Part shown: positions 1-15,852 of the stretch, in pieces
Position numbering within the stretch: position 1 is the first letter of the stretch
Layout of the letters: each line of letters opens with the position of its first letter
NCBI GenBank assembly: GCA_028826165.1
Contig: JAPDFW010000030.1
Span: forward strand, 1 to 64,000
Reading direction: 5' to 3'
DNA from: Anaeramoeba ignava BMAN
Lineage: Eukaryota > Protista > Anaeramoebae
Length of the DNA stretch: 64,000 nt
Notes under the pieces: model-generated
Told to the model about the DNA's origin: nothing
The model's database searches: none
The model's input: the letters and a program-made list of their open reading frames with translations, nothing else
Translations under genes and position numbers: made by a program

Positions 1-1329
1 TTATTTAATAATAAATTTCAATTTTTATTTAAAAACAAAACAAAATTCAAAACAAATTTATTTTTTTAATTTTGGAAAAATATTTAATTAATCAAATAAT
101 TTTAGATTTATTTTTAAAAGGAATTAATTAATTAATTAATTAATAAAAATTTATCTTTTTCATTTATTATTTTTATTTTAAAAAACAAAATTTAAACAAA
201 GAATTTTAAATAATAAATTTATTATTTATATTTTTATTATTTAGATTTATTAAATAATAATATATTATTAAAGATTAAATTGTTATATTTTATTTTTATT
301 TTTAAAGAATAAAATTATTTCCTCTTCTTTAAAAATAATAAAAATAATAAAATAAAAATAGAATAAAAAGAAAAATCTTAAATAAATTATTATAAAAAGA
401 AAAGGAAAATTAATTTTAAAATTTAAATAAAAAATATAAAAATTCTTTCAAATTATTTTATTTTTAAAAAATTTAATTAATTAATAAATTAAATATAAAA
501 TTAAAGAAATAAATGATTATTAATTTATATTTAATTATTTTATTATTTTAAAAACAAAAATAAAATAAAGAAATGAAAAATGAAAAATGAATATTAAAAG
601 ATTAATTTATTTTTCTTTTTTCCTTTTGATTTAAATTTAATTGATTTATAAATTTATTTTTTAATCATTTTAAATTTATTTTTCTTTTTATTTTCTTTTA
701 AGAATAATAAATAAATATTTTTATTTTTGATTTAGAATTTTTTCATTTTAGATTTATTTATTCAGATAATTTATTTTAAATAAATAAATAATCAAAAAAT
801 TTAAATAATAATAATAAAAATATAGAAAAAAGGAATAAATAAATAAGAAAATGATTTTGATTTGATTTTATTATTAAATTTTAAAATAATTAATTTAAAA
901 AAAGAAAAAGAAAAAGAAAAAGAATAAATTTAAATTTTGAAAAACAAACAAATTGATTATATTTTTAAATAAATATTTTTTAATAAAACAAAATAATTTT
1001 TATTAAATTTAAAGATTTAAATTATTTATTCTTTCTTCTCAATAATAAAAAATAATAAAATAATAAAAGGAAATTATTATTTTATTATTTTTGAAGAGAA
1101 ATTTAATCAAAATTATAATAATATTAACAAATAATATTAATAATATTTAATTAATTTTAGAAATGATTTAAAAATAAAAATAAAAATAAAAATATTTTTA
1201 TTTAGAATTTCTTCTTCTTTTTTAATAATAATAATAATCCAAAACAAAACAAAAAAAAAAACTGGAATTAATTATTTTTGTTTTCAAATCAAAAAAAAAT
1301 ACAAAAAATAAATATAAATTTAATAAAAA

Positions 1330-1800
1330 TAAGAAAATGAATAATTTTAAAAAAAAAAGAATTTATTATTAATATTAAATTAATATTATTAAAAATCAAG
1401 AAATAAAATTAATTAATTAAAATAATTTTATTTATTAATTTATTATTTATCATTAAAATTAATTAAGAAATTGTTTTTTAAAACTGTTTTCATTTTCATT
1501 TTTTTATAAATTTTTTTATTTTCTAAAATTTACAAATTAAAATAAAAATAAAAATATAAAAAAATAAAGAGAAAATGTAATTTAAAATATAAAATAATTT
1601 ATTTATAAAATTTATAAAAAGGATTTTATTATCTAAATTAATTCAAAATTGATTTAAAAATAAATATAAATTTACAATCAAAAAATAAATTTAAATTTAA
1701 ATCTTAATTAATTTTTAAAAGTATAAATTATTTTTTGTTTTGTTTTGGAAAATAAAAATAATAATAAAATATAATTTAATCAAAATTTAAAATAATTAAT
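1330..1800 (+). repeat. Single dispersed copy of the sequence that is tandemly amplified at 58.1-60.2 kb
   Basis: Shares long motifs such as agaatttattattaatattaaa and ttattatctaaattaattcaaaattgatttaaaaataaatataaattt with 58530-59120, in the same order. Confidence 0.75.
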
Positions 1801-4800
1801 AAAAAGATTTTAAATAGGAAAATTATTGAAAATTTCTTTTTTTTTTCTTTTATTTATAAAAACAAAAATAAAAACAAAAACAAAAACAAAAGAATTTTAT
1901 TTAAGAAATGATTTATTTATTTATTTATTTACAAATAAAAATAAAATCCAATTTATTCTTTTTATTTTATTTTATTTTATTTTATTTATAATATAAAAAG
2001 GAAATTTAAAAAATTATTTTTAATGAAGAATTGAATTATTTAATTTCTTAATTTCTTTTTATTATTATTATTATTATTTATTTTTGATTAGGAAAAAGAA
2101 AAGAAAAGAAATCAAATATTTTTCAAAACAAAATTTAAAAAGAAAAAAAAATAACAAGAATTAAATCAATATTAAATTTATTCAATATTTTAATTATCTT
2201 CTTTTTATATTTATTAATTTATTAATTTATATTTAACTTTTTTTTATATATAAAAATAAAAATTAAAATTAAAAATAATCTTTATTTTATTCAAAAAAAT
2301 ATTAGAGAATAGTGGAATGAAAAAATTTCAAAAAAAAATAATATAAAAATAGATTTTATAGATTAAGAAAAACAAAACAAAAAACAAATTTATTATTTAT
2401 TTTTGGAAAATATAATTATTTGATTTAATTAAATTTTTTATTATTATGAATAAAATAAAATAAAATAAAATTTTAGAAAATGAAATTAATTAAAGATTTA
2501 AGAGAAAAAAAAAGGATTTAAAATAAATAAAATTATTTATAAAATGAGAATAAAATTTATTAAGAAAATTATTAATATTAATATTAATATTAATTAATTA
2601 TAAATTGAAGATTAAATGAAAATTGATTATATTTATATTTTTATCTAACAAAAAATGAAAAATAATATTTTGTTTTTTTATTTTTTGTTTTAAAGAATAA
2701 ATTTATTATTATTATTAATAAATATTTTATATAATAAATTAATATTAATATTAATATTAAGAAGGGAAAAAAATTATAATAAATTCTAATTTATTTTCCA
2801 AAACCAAAAAACAAAAACAATTTTAAATTTTAAATTTTAAATTTATAAAAAAAAAAGAAAACAAAATTTGATACTTTTTTTTTCCAAAAATATTAATTAT
2901 AAAAATAAGAAAAAATTACTTATTTTTTATAAACAGAATAAAATAAAATTAATTTTTATTTAAAATTAAAATATAAGAAAAAAAGAAGGAGAAAAAGAAA
3001 ATTTATATCTAAAATATTTTCAATAAATAAATAAATAAATGAAAAAAAAATATTTTAATTTTAAATTTTAAAACAAAAAAAAGAAAAAGAAGAAGAAGTT
3101 TTTTAATTCAATATTATTTCTAATTCTTTTATTCTCCAAAACAAAAAAAAAAATCAATCTAAATAAATAAATAAATAAATATTTATTATTTGAAATAATA
3201 TTTAATTCAAAATAATTAATAATAATAAATGAAAAAAAAAAGAGAAAATAAATTTAAATTCCCTAAAAAAAAATTAGAAGATATTAAATAATATAAATAA
3301 AAAGAAAAAAGAAGAATAAAATTATTTAAAAACAAAACAAAATTTATAAATTATTTCATTATATTTAATAAATATTTCTTATTAATATTTAATTTTATAA
3401 TTTATCTTCCAAAAAGAAAAGAAAAGAAAAGAAAAAACAAATTGATAATAAATATTCAATTTTCTTCTTCTTCTCTTATTTATATTTTTATTAATTCTTT
3501 TTCTTTCTCTTCAAAATAAAATATTATTATAATAATGAAATGATATTTTTTTAATTTTTAATTTTTTAATTTTTTAATTTGATAAAATTGATATTTTAAA
3601 TATAAAATAAAATAATAAGAAATATTTTATAGAAGAGAAATGAAATAAAATTATTATTTTTTTTTGAATAGAAATTTTGAAATAAATTTACATTTTATTA
3701 ATAAATAAAAAATTAAAAAAAAATTTATTAGATTTGGAAGAATATATTTATTTATATTATAAGAGAAATATTTATTTATTATTTTAAAGAATAAATTGGG
3801 AAAAAAAAAGAAAGAAAAAAAATATTAATTTAAATAAAATTTTGGAATTAATGAAATTAAAGATATTGATAATCAAAAATATTTTTCTTTCTTTTCTTTA
3901 AACAAAACAAAAACCTAAATAAATAAATAAATAAATAAATAAAAATGAAGAATTTTATTTATTAACAAAATTTTAAAAAAAGAAAATAATATTTTAATAA
4001 ATATTCCAATAATTTTAATTAATTAATTAATTTATTTTTATTTTTTTTGGGAATGATTAAATTATTATTATATAAATATTATTATTTTTATTATTATAAT
4101 TTAATCAATATTTCTCAAATATTTTTCTTTCCCAAAATAATAAAAATAATAAAATAATAAAATAAATTGGAATTATAAACAGAAATATTTATTATTATTA
4201 TTATTATTTTCAGAATTTATAATAATTATTTCATTTCAATTTATATTTAATAAAAAATAATATTCAAGAAGTTAAAACAATAATTTGAAGATTTATTTCT
4301 TAAATCCAAAAAAAAATAATAAAATAATAAACAAAATAATAATAATTAAAATTATTAAAATTATTTAAATTATAACAAGAAACAAAAAGAATTTCCATAA
4401 ATTTCCTTATTTTTTTATTTTACAAATTTAAATTTTAAAAAAAATATTAAGATTATTATTATTATTATTTATAATAAATTTTTATTCAATAATAAATTAT
4501 TTAATATTTAATAAAATATTTTAATTTAATTTAATTTAATTTAATTTAATTTTTTTATTAGGAATAATTTTAATTCTTCAATATTTACATATACAAAAAA
4601 ATAAATAAATTTTTTTATTTTATTTTTTCAGAAATATTTTCAAATTAACAATTTTATAATAAATAAATAAATAAATAAATATTTCTTTTTATTTTATTTT
4701 ATTTTATTTAAATAATATTATTTCTCAAATAAAATAAAACAAAACAAAACAAAATTTATTGATTATTAAAATTTTAAATAAAAATAAAAATAAAAATAAA

Positions 4801-6570
4801 AATAAAACATAATTTTGTTTGTTTTTTTTTGGATTGAAAATAATAATAATCTTCTTCATATTTCTTTTTTTTATATTTAATTTATTTCCTAAAAATAATA
4901 ATAATATTATTATTAAATAAAATTCAAAATTTTTTTTAATAAATTTAACTTAAATAATTATTTTCAAAAATCAAAATTTATTCCATTTTTTTTTTGATTA
5001 ATATTATTAAACAATAAAAAAAAATTTAATTTAAAATTAATAATTAATAAATATAAATAAATTATTATTATTTTTATTTTTCAATTCAGAAATTATTAAA
5101 AATTGTTTTATTTTTATTATTATTATTAAATCAAATAATTTCTATTCATTTATTTAATTAATTAAGAATATAATCTTTATTAATTTCTTAAATAAATTAA
5201 AATTATATTTAATAAAGGAAAATATTTATTTTATTCAAAAAAAATTTAAATATACACAAAAAAAAAGTTTATTATTATTATTTATTTATTTATTTATTTT
5301 CTTATTAAATTTTAAAATCAAAACAAAAAACAAAAAAAAGAAAAAAAAAGAAATTATTTTTTATTTGATTTGAATTGAATTGAATTGAATTGAATTATAA
5401 ATTATTATTAAATTAATAAGAATGATTTTAAAATAATTTTTATTTTTGGAAAAAAGATATAAAAACAAAAACAAAAAAGAAAGGGAATATTGATTAATTT
5501 TGATTTTTAATTTTTGAAAATTTATTTAAAGATTTAAAATAGATAAAAATAATAAATAAATATATTTTATAATACAGAATTAATTTTTTTTAAAATAATT
5601 TATTTCAAAACAAATGTAAAATAAAATATTTCATTTAAATTTCTTATTGAGAAAATGAGAAGATTTTAATTATTTCTCCTTAAAAAAAAACCAAATATTA
5701 AATAAATTATTTCTCAAAAAAAAAAAGAAAAACAAATATTTTTGATAAATTAAAATAATAATAAATTTTATTGGATTAATTTATTTTTGTTTTTCAAATT
5801 AAAAAAAAGAAGAAGAAGAAGAAGAGAAATTATTCCCAAAATAAATCTAAATTTAAATATATATTTAGAAATTAAATTTAAAGAAAAATATTTTATTATT
5901 ATTTTATTCTTTTTATTTTGGATAATAATAATAATAATAAATTCTTTATAAATTTAATCAATTACTTTTTTTTTATCAATAATTTCAATATAAAAAAAAT
6001 ATTTATTTATATAAAAATTAGAAAAAAATAAAATAATATTTATTTATAATTTATAATAAGATTAAATTTATTTTAAAATTATTATTTCTCTAAATTTAAA
6101 AATTTAAAATAAATAATTTGAAAATTAATTTTATATATAAATTTTATATAAATTTTCATTTTCATTTTATAACAAAAAAAAAACCTATTGTGTATATTAA
6201 ATATTTTTTAATAATAATAATAATAATAAAATTGAAAAGAAAATAATTTATAAATAATTATCAATTTCTCTTTTCTTTTTTATTATTTAATTTCAATTCA
6301 AATTTTAAAAAAATATTAGATTATTTTTATTTCTCTTTTCAAAATGATTATAATCAAGTTTTTTTTATTTTCAATATAATTTAATAATAATAATAATAAT
6401 AATTTTATTTTTCATTAATATTTTTTATTTATCAGGAAATTATAATATAAATAAATAAATAAAAAATTTGAATAATTTTGAAAAGAATATTTTATTTTAT
6501 TTAATTAAATTTAAAAATAATAAATAGAAATATTAATAAAAATATATAAATAAAATAAAATTTAAATATT

Positions 6571-6601
<31 letters not shown>

Positions 6602-7699
6602 TATTTTTGAGGGGAAATTGATATTAAATTGAATAATAAAAAAAAATCATAACAAGATATTTTAAGGAGATTTATTATTTAAATAAATAAATATTAATTA
6701 TAAAATGAGAATTAAAGATAATAAATTAAAATAAAAATAAATAAATTATATGAATTTGAATAAATTAAAATTTAATAATAAATATATTTTTTTGATTTTG
6801 ATTATAAATAAATAAATAAATAAAAGAAAAAGTATTTATTGAATTAAAATAATGAAAAAGAACATAATCTTTTTGTTTTTATTTTAAATTTGATAATAAA
6901 AAATAAAAATAAAAATTTCAACAAGAAAATTATAAGTAAATAATAAAAGAATTAAAATTAAACTTTAATTATTCTTCAAATTTACATTATATATTTATTT
7001 TAAAAAATTTATAAATAACTTTAATTAAGAAATTGTATCTAAAGTTTAATTATTCTGAAAGTTTATATTTATTTTTTTTTATCAAAAAATTTAGAATAGT
7101 TTTAATTAAGAAATTATAAATAAATAAATTTGAATTATTTTTTAAAAAAAAAACAAAGAATAAGAAATAAATTATAAGATATTTTTATAAATCAAAAAAA
7201 AAATATAAAAATTCTTTCTTCAATTTAAATTATTAAATACAAATTATTTTGATTTTTAATATTATAAATAATATTGAAAGAAAAAAAATTTTAATTTTGA
7301 TTTGATTAGAATTTAAATAAGTAAAAAGATTTTATTTATTTATTTATTATTTATTTTTCAGATCTTGTATTAATTAATTAATTTAGATTTTTGATTTTCA
7401 TTATTATTCCACATTAATAAATTGAGATATTTTTGTTTTGTAAATAAATAAATAAATAAAAGAAAAATTATTTATCAAACAAATAAAGTTTTTTTTTTGT
7501 GTTAATAAGAGAAAAATAATGAAAAAAAAGAATATCATCTTTTAAATTTTTTATCAACTAAAAAGAAGAAAAGAACAAAAATAAAAAATGAAATTTAAAG
7601 AGAATATTAATATTAAATAATAATTTTTGATTTTATAAAGATTATCTTAATTAAAATATTTTGAAAGTGAAAATTATTTTTAAAAAAAAATATAAATAA

Positions 7700-8230
7700 T
7701 AAAATAATTTAAATTGAATTGAATATTTTTTATTTTTTGAGATTTCCTTTCATTTTGTAAAAGTAATTTTTATTATTCTTTTCAAATCAAAATTCTTTTA
7801 TAAATAAATAAATAAAAATAAATTAGAATAATAGATAAATAAATAGATAAATTGAATATAATGTAATTGAAGTGAAAAAGAAGTTTAATTAATTTTGATA
7901 AATTGTAATTATAAATAATAATATAATAAATATAAATTTAGATCAGAAGATAAAAATAAAGAGATAATTTTGATTTTTATTTTTTTTTGGGAATTGAGAT
8001 TAATAAAATAAAGATTTTTATCTAATATAAATTAAATTAAATTAAATTAAATTTATAAAATTTTGAAATTAAAATAAATTTACAAATAAATAAATTAATA
8101 AATTAATTTTAGATTTAGATATTAAATTGATTTAAAATAAAAAAATAAATAAAAAAAAAAAAAGAAAAGAAAGAATTTTAATTTTTTTTTTGGAAATATT
8201 TTTATTTTGGGAATTTTGTATATTTTTGAA
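7700..8230 (-). repeat. Dispersed module X, reverse orientation
   Basis: gagatttcctttcattttg (~7740), gaagtgaaaaagaag (~7870), aaagattttatctaat (~8010) and tagatttagatattaaattg (~8110) are reverse complements of landmarks at 20250-20930. Confidence 0.75.
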
Positions 8231-8289
8231 TTTTTGAGATAAAAGTAAATTTATTACTATTAAGTTTAAATTTCAATTAAATAAATTTA

Positions 8290-9935
8290 AAATTAATTAA
8301 TAATAGAAATAAAATAATTAATTTAAATTTATTATTTAATTATTTATAATTGAAATAAAAATAAAAATAAAAAATTTAATTAAATAATTAATAATAAAAA
8401 AATAAATAAATAAAAATAATTTTTTATAATTTAAAATAAATATAAAATTAATAATAAAATAAAATAAATAATTTAATTTAAATTTATTATTTAATTATTT
8501 ATAATTGAAATAAAAATAATAAAAATAAAAATAATTAATAAAATAATTAATAATAAAAAAATAAATAATAAAATATAATTTTATAATTTAAAATAAATAT
8601 AAAATTAATAATAGAAATAAAATAATTAATTTAAATTTATTATTTAATTATTTATAATTGAAATAAAAATAATAAAAATATTTAATTAAATAATTAATAA
8701 TAAAAATAAATAATAAAATATAATTTTATAATTTAAAATAAATATAAAATTAATAATAGAAATAAAATAATTAATTTAAATTTATTATTTAATTATTTAT
8801 AATTGAAATAAAAATAAAAATTTAATTAAATAATTAATAAAAATAAAAAAAAAAAAAAAATAATTTTATAATTTAAAATAAATATAAAATTAATAATAGA
8901 AATAAAATAATTAATTTAAATTTATTATTTAATTATTTATAATTGAAATAAAAATAATAAAAATATTTAATTAAAAATTAAAAATAATAAAAAAAAAAAA
9001 TAAAAAAAAAATTTTATAATTAAAAATAAAATAAAATTAATAATAGAAATAAAATATTTAATTTAAATTTATTATTTAATTATTTATAATTGAAATAAAA
9101 ATAATAAAAATATTTAATTAAATAAATAATAATAAAAATAAAAAATAATTTTAAATTTAAAAATAAAATTTAAAATAAAATAAAAAAATAAATTTAAAAA
9201 ATTGAAATAAAAATAAAAATAATTTAAATAAAAATAAAAAAAAAAAAATAAAAATTATTAAAAATAAATAATTTAAATTTATTATTTAATTATTTATAAT
9301 TGAAATAAAAATAATATAATTAAAAATAATAAATAAATTTTATAATTAAAATAAATAAAAAATAAAAAAAAAATAATAATTTAAATTTATTATTTAATTA
9401 TTTATAATTGAAATAAAAATAAAAAAAATATTTAATTAAATAATTAATAAAAATAAAAAAAAAAAAAAAATAATTTTATAATTTAAAATAAATATAAAAT
9501 TAATAATAGAAATAAAATAAATATATTTTAAAAATTAAAATATTTATAATTAATAAAAAATAAAAAAAATATTTAAAAAAATAAATAAATAAAAAAAAAA
9601 AAAAAAAATAATTTTATAATTTAAAATAAATATAAAATAAATAAAATAAAAATTAAAATAAAATAAAATTTAAAATTATTTAATTATTTAATAAATAAAA
9701 TAAAAATAATAAAAAAAAAAATAAATAAATAATAAAAAAATAAAAAAATAATTTTATAATTTAAAAAAAATAAAAATTAATAAATAAATAAATAATTAAT
9801 AAAATTAATTATTTAAAAAAATAAAAAAAAAAAAATAAAAAATAATAAATAATTTTATAATTTAAAATAAATATAAAATTAAATAAAATCATTAATTTAA
9901 ATTTATTATTTAATTATTTATAATTGAAATAAAAT
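8290..9935 (-). repeat. ~146 bp satellite B array, reverse orientation, degenerate in its right half
   Basis: Recurrent aatttaaatttattatttaattatttataattgaaat, the reverse complement of the B unit seen at 20960-22180. Confidence 0.8.
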
Positions 9936-10009
9936 TTAAATTTGAAAAAAAAAATTAAATTTTTAAATAGTAAATAAATGAATTTAAATTTAAATTGAAC
10001 TTATTATTT

Positions 10010-10740
10010 TTTTATTATTTTGTATTTACTTTCATTTTATAAAGGTAATTTTTATTTTTATTTTTATAATTATTTTTAAAAAAAAAATGAAAAAAAATTT
10101 GAAATTAAAAAAGAAAATTATTTTAAAAAAAAAATGAAATGAATTAGAAATAAATTATTTATTGATTTATTGATTGATATTTTCCAAATCAAAATTCTTT
10201 TATAAAATAAAATTAAATTAAATATAATTGAAGTGAAAAAGAAGTTTAAATAAATTTTTTGGAGAATTATAATTATAAATAATGATATAATAAATATAAA
10301 TTTAAATCAGAAGATAAAAAGAAAATAATTTTTTTTGATTTTTTGATTTTTTGATTTGAAATGAAAATAAAAATTAATTCAATTTATAAATTTTTGAAAT
10401 TAAAATAAAATTATAAGTAAATTAATTAATAAATAAATAAATAAAATAATTTTAGATTTAGATATTAAATTGATTTGAAATAAAAAGTTTTTCAAAATAA
10501 ATAAATAAAAAGAAAGAAAGAAGAGTTTTTGATTTTTGGAAATATTTTATTTATTTTTTTGGGAATATAAAAATAAATTTAATAATAATAATAATTTTAT
10601 TTTTTTTTGTGTATTATTTTATTATAAATTAATATTAAATTTTTTTATTTTCAATTTTGAATATTTTTTTTTTGGAATATTAATTTTATATTATTAATAA
10701 ATAATAATAATAAATTTCATTCTTATTTACAATAAAATAT
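10010..10740 (-). repeat. Dispersed module X, reverse orientation; left arm of the inverted repeat around the rDNA
   Basis: aatgaaatgaattagaaataaatt, gatattttccaaatcaaaatt, gaagtgaaaaagaa and tagatttagatattaaattgattt are reverse complements of motifs at 16440-17130. Confidence 0.8.
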
Positions 10741-11235
10741 TTATAATTAAAATAAAAAAAGAATTTAAATTAACAATTTTAATAAAATATTTTACATAAA
10801 TTTAAATATAAATTAATAAAAAACAAAAAAAAATGAATTAAGAAATTAATAAATTTTGATTTAATTTTTTATTTGGGAAAAATAAATAAAAACAAAACAA
10901 AACAAATTATTTTATTTTGATTATTTATTAATTTGAAAATAAAATAAAAAGAGAAATTATATTTTGAATAATATAAATTAAAATAGAACATGAATAAAAT
11001 AAAAAACAAAAAAATTTATATTTAGAAAGTTAATCAAAATAAATATAAATTTTATTAATAATAAAAACAACTAAAATAAAGATAAATTAATCATAAAAAC
11101 CATAATAAATCTAAAAATATAAAAATATAGATATTTTTATTTTTATTTTATCAATAAAAAAAAATCAATAAATTATCAAATATTATTATTAATATAATTA
11201 TCAAAATATTTATTATTATTATTATTTTTATTTTT

Positions 11236-11555
<320 letters not shown>

Positions 11556-11559
11556 AAGT

Positions 11560-11605
<46 letters not shown>

Positions 11606-12131
11606 TTGTGGCTTAATTTGACTCAACGCGGGGAAACTTACCAGATCAGGACATAATAAGGATTGACAGATTAAAAGCTCTTTCATGATTTTATGGATGG
11701 TGGTGCATGGCCGTTTTTAGTTCGTGGAGTGATTTGTCTGTGTTAATTCCGTAAACGAGCGAGACCTTTACTTACTAACTAATTAAATATTTTTTTAAAT
11801 TTAATAAAAATAATTTAATTTCTTAGAAGGACTATTCATTTTTTAATGAAAGGAAGATAAAGGCAACAACAGGTCCGTGATGCCCTTAGATGTTCTGGGC
11901 TGCACACGTGCTACAATGTTAATAACAATAAGTAATTATTCATCTTAAAATTATTTTTAAAATGAATATAACCTAATCTGAAAAGAATTTTAAAAGAAAA
12001 GATTTATTTTTATTTTTTATTTTTTATTTAGGTAAACTTAGAAAATATTAACATGCTTGGAATAGATTATTGAAATTATTAATCTTGAACAAGGAATTCC
12101 TAGTAAATGTAAATCATAATTTTACATTGAT

Positions 12132-12177
<46 letters not shown>

Positions 12178-12312
12178 GATAACCCGATGAAATTTTTAGA
12201 CTATTTCTTAAAAATTATTTTTAAAAAATGGAAAGATAATTAAATCATGTTATCTAGAGGAAGGAGAAGTCGTAACAAGGCAGCGCTAAATGAATTTGGT
12301 GCTGGATCATTA
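11556..12312 (+). rRNA. 18S (SSU) rRNA, 3' portion only (3' major and minor domains); 5' ~1.1 kb absent
   Basis: Universal motifs aaacttaaaggaattgacggaagggcaccaccagg, ggtggtgcatggccg, tgtacacaccgcccgtcgc, gtcgtaacaagg and terminal ggatcatta. Confidence 0.97.
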
Positions 12313-12387
12313 ACATAAAAATAAATATTTAATTTAAACTTTATTTAAATAAAAAAGAATTCTTTTTTAAATTAAAATAAAAAATAA
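12313..12387 (+). other. ITS1 (~75 nt, almost pure A/T)
   Basis: Lies between the 18S end (ggatcatta) and the 5.8S start. Confidence 0.85.
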
Positions 12388-12563
12388 ATAAAAATAACAA
12401 TGGATATCTTGGTTCTCGTAATGATGAAGAACACAGCAAAATGTGATAAATAATATGAATTGCAATGTTTGTGAATAATTGAATTTTTGAACGCATATTG
12501 CACTTTTTATTTTTATATTTTTATTAATATTTTAATAAAAAGTATTTCTAAATGAGTGTTATT
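12388..12563 (+). rRNA. 5.8S rRNA
   Basis: aacaatggatatcttggttctcg, gatgaagaacacagc, gaattgca and tttgaacgca motifs; 3' end tctaaatgagtgtta can pair with the 28S 5' end taacctcattttaga. Confidence 0.95.
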
Positions 12564-12639
12564 TTATATTATATAAATTGAAAATTTATTTTTTAATTAA
12601 AATAGATTTTTTAAATTAATTTAAATTTAAATTTTTATT
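12564..12639 (+). other. ITS2 (~76 nt)
   Basis: Lies between the 5.8S 3' end and the 28S 5' end, closed by the 5.8S/28S proximal stem. Confidence 0.85.
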
Positions 12640-15004
12640 TTTAACCTCATTTTAGATAAAATTACCTGCTAAATTTAAGCATATTAATAAGCAGAGGAAA
12701 AAGAAAATAACAATGATTATGTTAGTAACGGCGAGTGAAAACATAAAAGTTCAAATTTTAAAACTAATTTTATTTATTTTAAAATTATTTTTTATTTAAT
12801 AAAATTAATATAAATAAATTAGTATTGTAAACTAAAAAAGTAAATATTTAAATTAATTATTATTAACCTATTATAAAATATTTGGAATAATATTTTTATT
12901 TAAATCAAAGAGGGTGAAAATCCCGTATTTGAATAGGTTTTATTTATAAAATAATTTTCTAAATTAATAATAAATTTTTTAAATATTACTTATAAAGAGT
13001 CAGGGTGTTTGAGATTGCACTCTTAATAAAAACTAAAAAAATTAAATTTATTTTTTTTTTTAGAAACTGGTAATCATCAGTTAAAACTAAATATTAACGA
13101 GAAACCGATAGTGAACAAGTACAGTGATGGAAAGATGAAAAGAACTTTGAAAAGAGAGTGAAATAGGACTTGAAATTGTTATTTTATGAATCCTTCTTTT
13201 TTTTTTTTAAATTAAAAAATAATTAAAAAATGAAATAAAAATTAAATAATGGTAAATAAATTGGTTTTATTTTTTTATTTTTTTTTCTTTTGAAATTAAA
13301 ATGATAAAAATATTATTGATTATTATTTAATATAATTATTAATTTAATTTTATTTTTAAATTATTTAAAAATTAAAATAAAAGAAAAATAAGGACCCGTC
13401 TTGAAACACGGACCAAGGAGTCTAATATTTTTGTAAGTATTATAATTTATTAAATTTATAATGCATAATGAAAGTGAAAATTATCATTTTAAATCAATTT
13501 TCTTTTTATTAAGAAAATTAGAAAGAACAGAAATATTAGGACCCGATAGATGGTGAACTATGGCTGCATAGAATGAAACCGGATGAAAATTCGGAGGAAG
13601 TTCGTAGCGGTACTGACGTGCAAATCGTTCGTCAAATGTGGCTATAGGGGCGAAAGACTAATCGAACCATTTAGTAGCTGGTTCCCTCCGAAATTTCTCT
13701 CAGGATAGCCAATGCTTAAAAATATTTTAAAATTATTATTAAAAAGTTATGTCAAGTAGAGCTAATGATTAGAGGATTTGGAATCTTATTGATTTTAACC
13801 TATTCTCAAACTCCAAATTGGCAAATTAATATAAAAATAAATTAATTTTATTTTTATTAAATAAATATAAAAAATTTAATAGCATTGAGTGGGCCATTAC
13901 GGGTAATCTGTAATGGCAAAACGGGATGAACCGAGAGATATGATAAGGAGCCAAAATATAAGTACAATGGATACCATAAAAGGAGATAATCGATGAAGAC
14001 AGTGGGGCGGTGTTCCTGGTGATAGAAATCCGGTAAGGAGTTTGTAACAATTCACCCATCGAATTGATTATCCCTGAAAATGGATGGCGCTTTAACTTTT
14101 TTAAAATAAAATAAATTTATCCTATTCATATCCAATTAACTTTTTTTCAGTTAATTGAGTAGGAGGGCGTATTGTTAATATAGAAGTTATAAGATTTTAA
14201 AATCAAATGAAATTAACAATAGTGCAGATCTTGGATGTAGTAGCAAATATTCAAGTTAAAATCTTGAAGGCCGAAGTGGAGAAGGGTTCCAGATGAACTG
14301 TGATTGAATCTGGGTTAGTCGTTTCTAAGAGTTTAGCTTAATTGCGATTATTTACAGAATATTTATTTTTTTTATATAAATATAAAAACTCAAAAGAGAA
14401 TCAGGTTAATATTCCTGAACCTTTTTTTTTTAAATTTTAAATTTAAATATCGGTTTAAAATGGTAACATAAAATATTACTAAAAACATTATTAAATAATA
14501 TGAGAAGAGATTTCTTTTCTTTTTAACAAACTTTTATTTATATTAATAAATATATTTAATTTTTATAAATTAATTATATAATTTTTACCATTGAAACAGA
14601 TTAACTGGAGAAATGGAAAAAAGTTTGGAAGAATAATTCTTAAATAATAGAATTTATCATAAATTATTTAATAATATTTAAAAAATTAGTAATATTTAAA
14701 ATTCGGAAAAGAACGTACCAATAACCGCAACAGGTCTCCTAAGGTTAAAAGCCTCTGGCCTGTTAGTTTAAGGTAAGTAAGGGAAGTCGGCAAATTAGAT
14801 CCGTAACTTCGGGAGAAGGATTGGCTCTGATTTTTTTTAAATTAATTAAAAAAATAAAACAGAACTGAAGCTAACAAGAGGAATCCGACTGTTTAATTAA
14901 AACATAGCATTATGAAAGTTTTGAAATAGAATTAGACATAATGTGAATTCTGCTCAGTGCACTGAATGTTAATGTGAAGAAATTTAAGTAAGCTCGTGTG
15001 AACA

Positions 15005-15075
<71 letters not shown>

Positions 15076-15798
15076 GCAACGAGATTCCTACTGTCCCTAT
15101 CTACCTTCTAGCGAACCAACAGCGAAGGGAACGGGCTTCGTACGAATGGCGGGGAAAGAAGACCCTTTAGAGCTTGACTCTAGTCTGATGAAGTAAAATG
15201 GTCTAAGAGGTATAGGATAGGCGGGAGTTTTTTATTTATTTATTTAAATGAAAAACAAAAGTGAAATACCGCTACTCTTGGTATCATATTACTAATTTGT
15301 TTAAGTGGGTAAATAAATAAATTATTTTATTCTAATTTATTTATAATATTAATTTTAAATAAAAATAATAAAACCCAATCTAAAATTTTATATTTTTTTA
15401 TTTTTAATATTGAAATATAAAAACAACAAAAACAAGATCAGGTGGGGAGTTTGGCTGGGGCGGCACGACTGCTATAAAATAACGCAGACGTCCTAAGAGA
15501 AGCTCAAGAAGAACAGAAATCATGTTTAGAACATAAGGGTAAAAGCTTCTTTAAATTAAATTTTCAGTAAGAATAAAAAGTGTGAAAGCATGGCCTAGCG
15601 ATCCTTTAAAAATATTCAATGAAATCTATACAAATAAAGTAGATAATGAAATTAGAGGTGTCAGAAAAGTTACCTGAGGGATAACTGGCTTGTGGCAGCC
15701 GAGCGTTCAAAGCGACGTTGCTTTTTGATTCTTCGATGTCGGCTCTTCCTATCCTATTCTTGTATAAGGGAATAAGGGTCGGATTGTTCACCCGTTAA

Positions 15799-15852
<54 letters not shown>

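Noticed and set aside
1-7600. Genes in the left AT-rich region
   Set aside because: No ORF of 60 aa or more and no recognisable RNA motif; only short microsatellites and low-complexity DNA
10740-11235. Possible decayed 5' half of 18S upstream of the TAAA tract
   Set aside because: Only scattered 6-8 nt similarities (gaaagtta, aaccata) in near-pure A/T DNA; not distinguishable from chance
15015-15045. R2 element or group I intron insertion at the 28S ttaaggtagcc site
   Set aside because: The site is intact and uninterrupted
13826-15791. Minus-strand ORFs at 13826-14059 and 15606-15791
   Set aside because: Antisense to conserved 28S rRNA; well-known spurious rRNA-antisense ORFs
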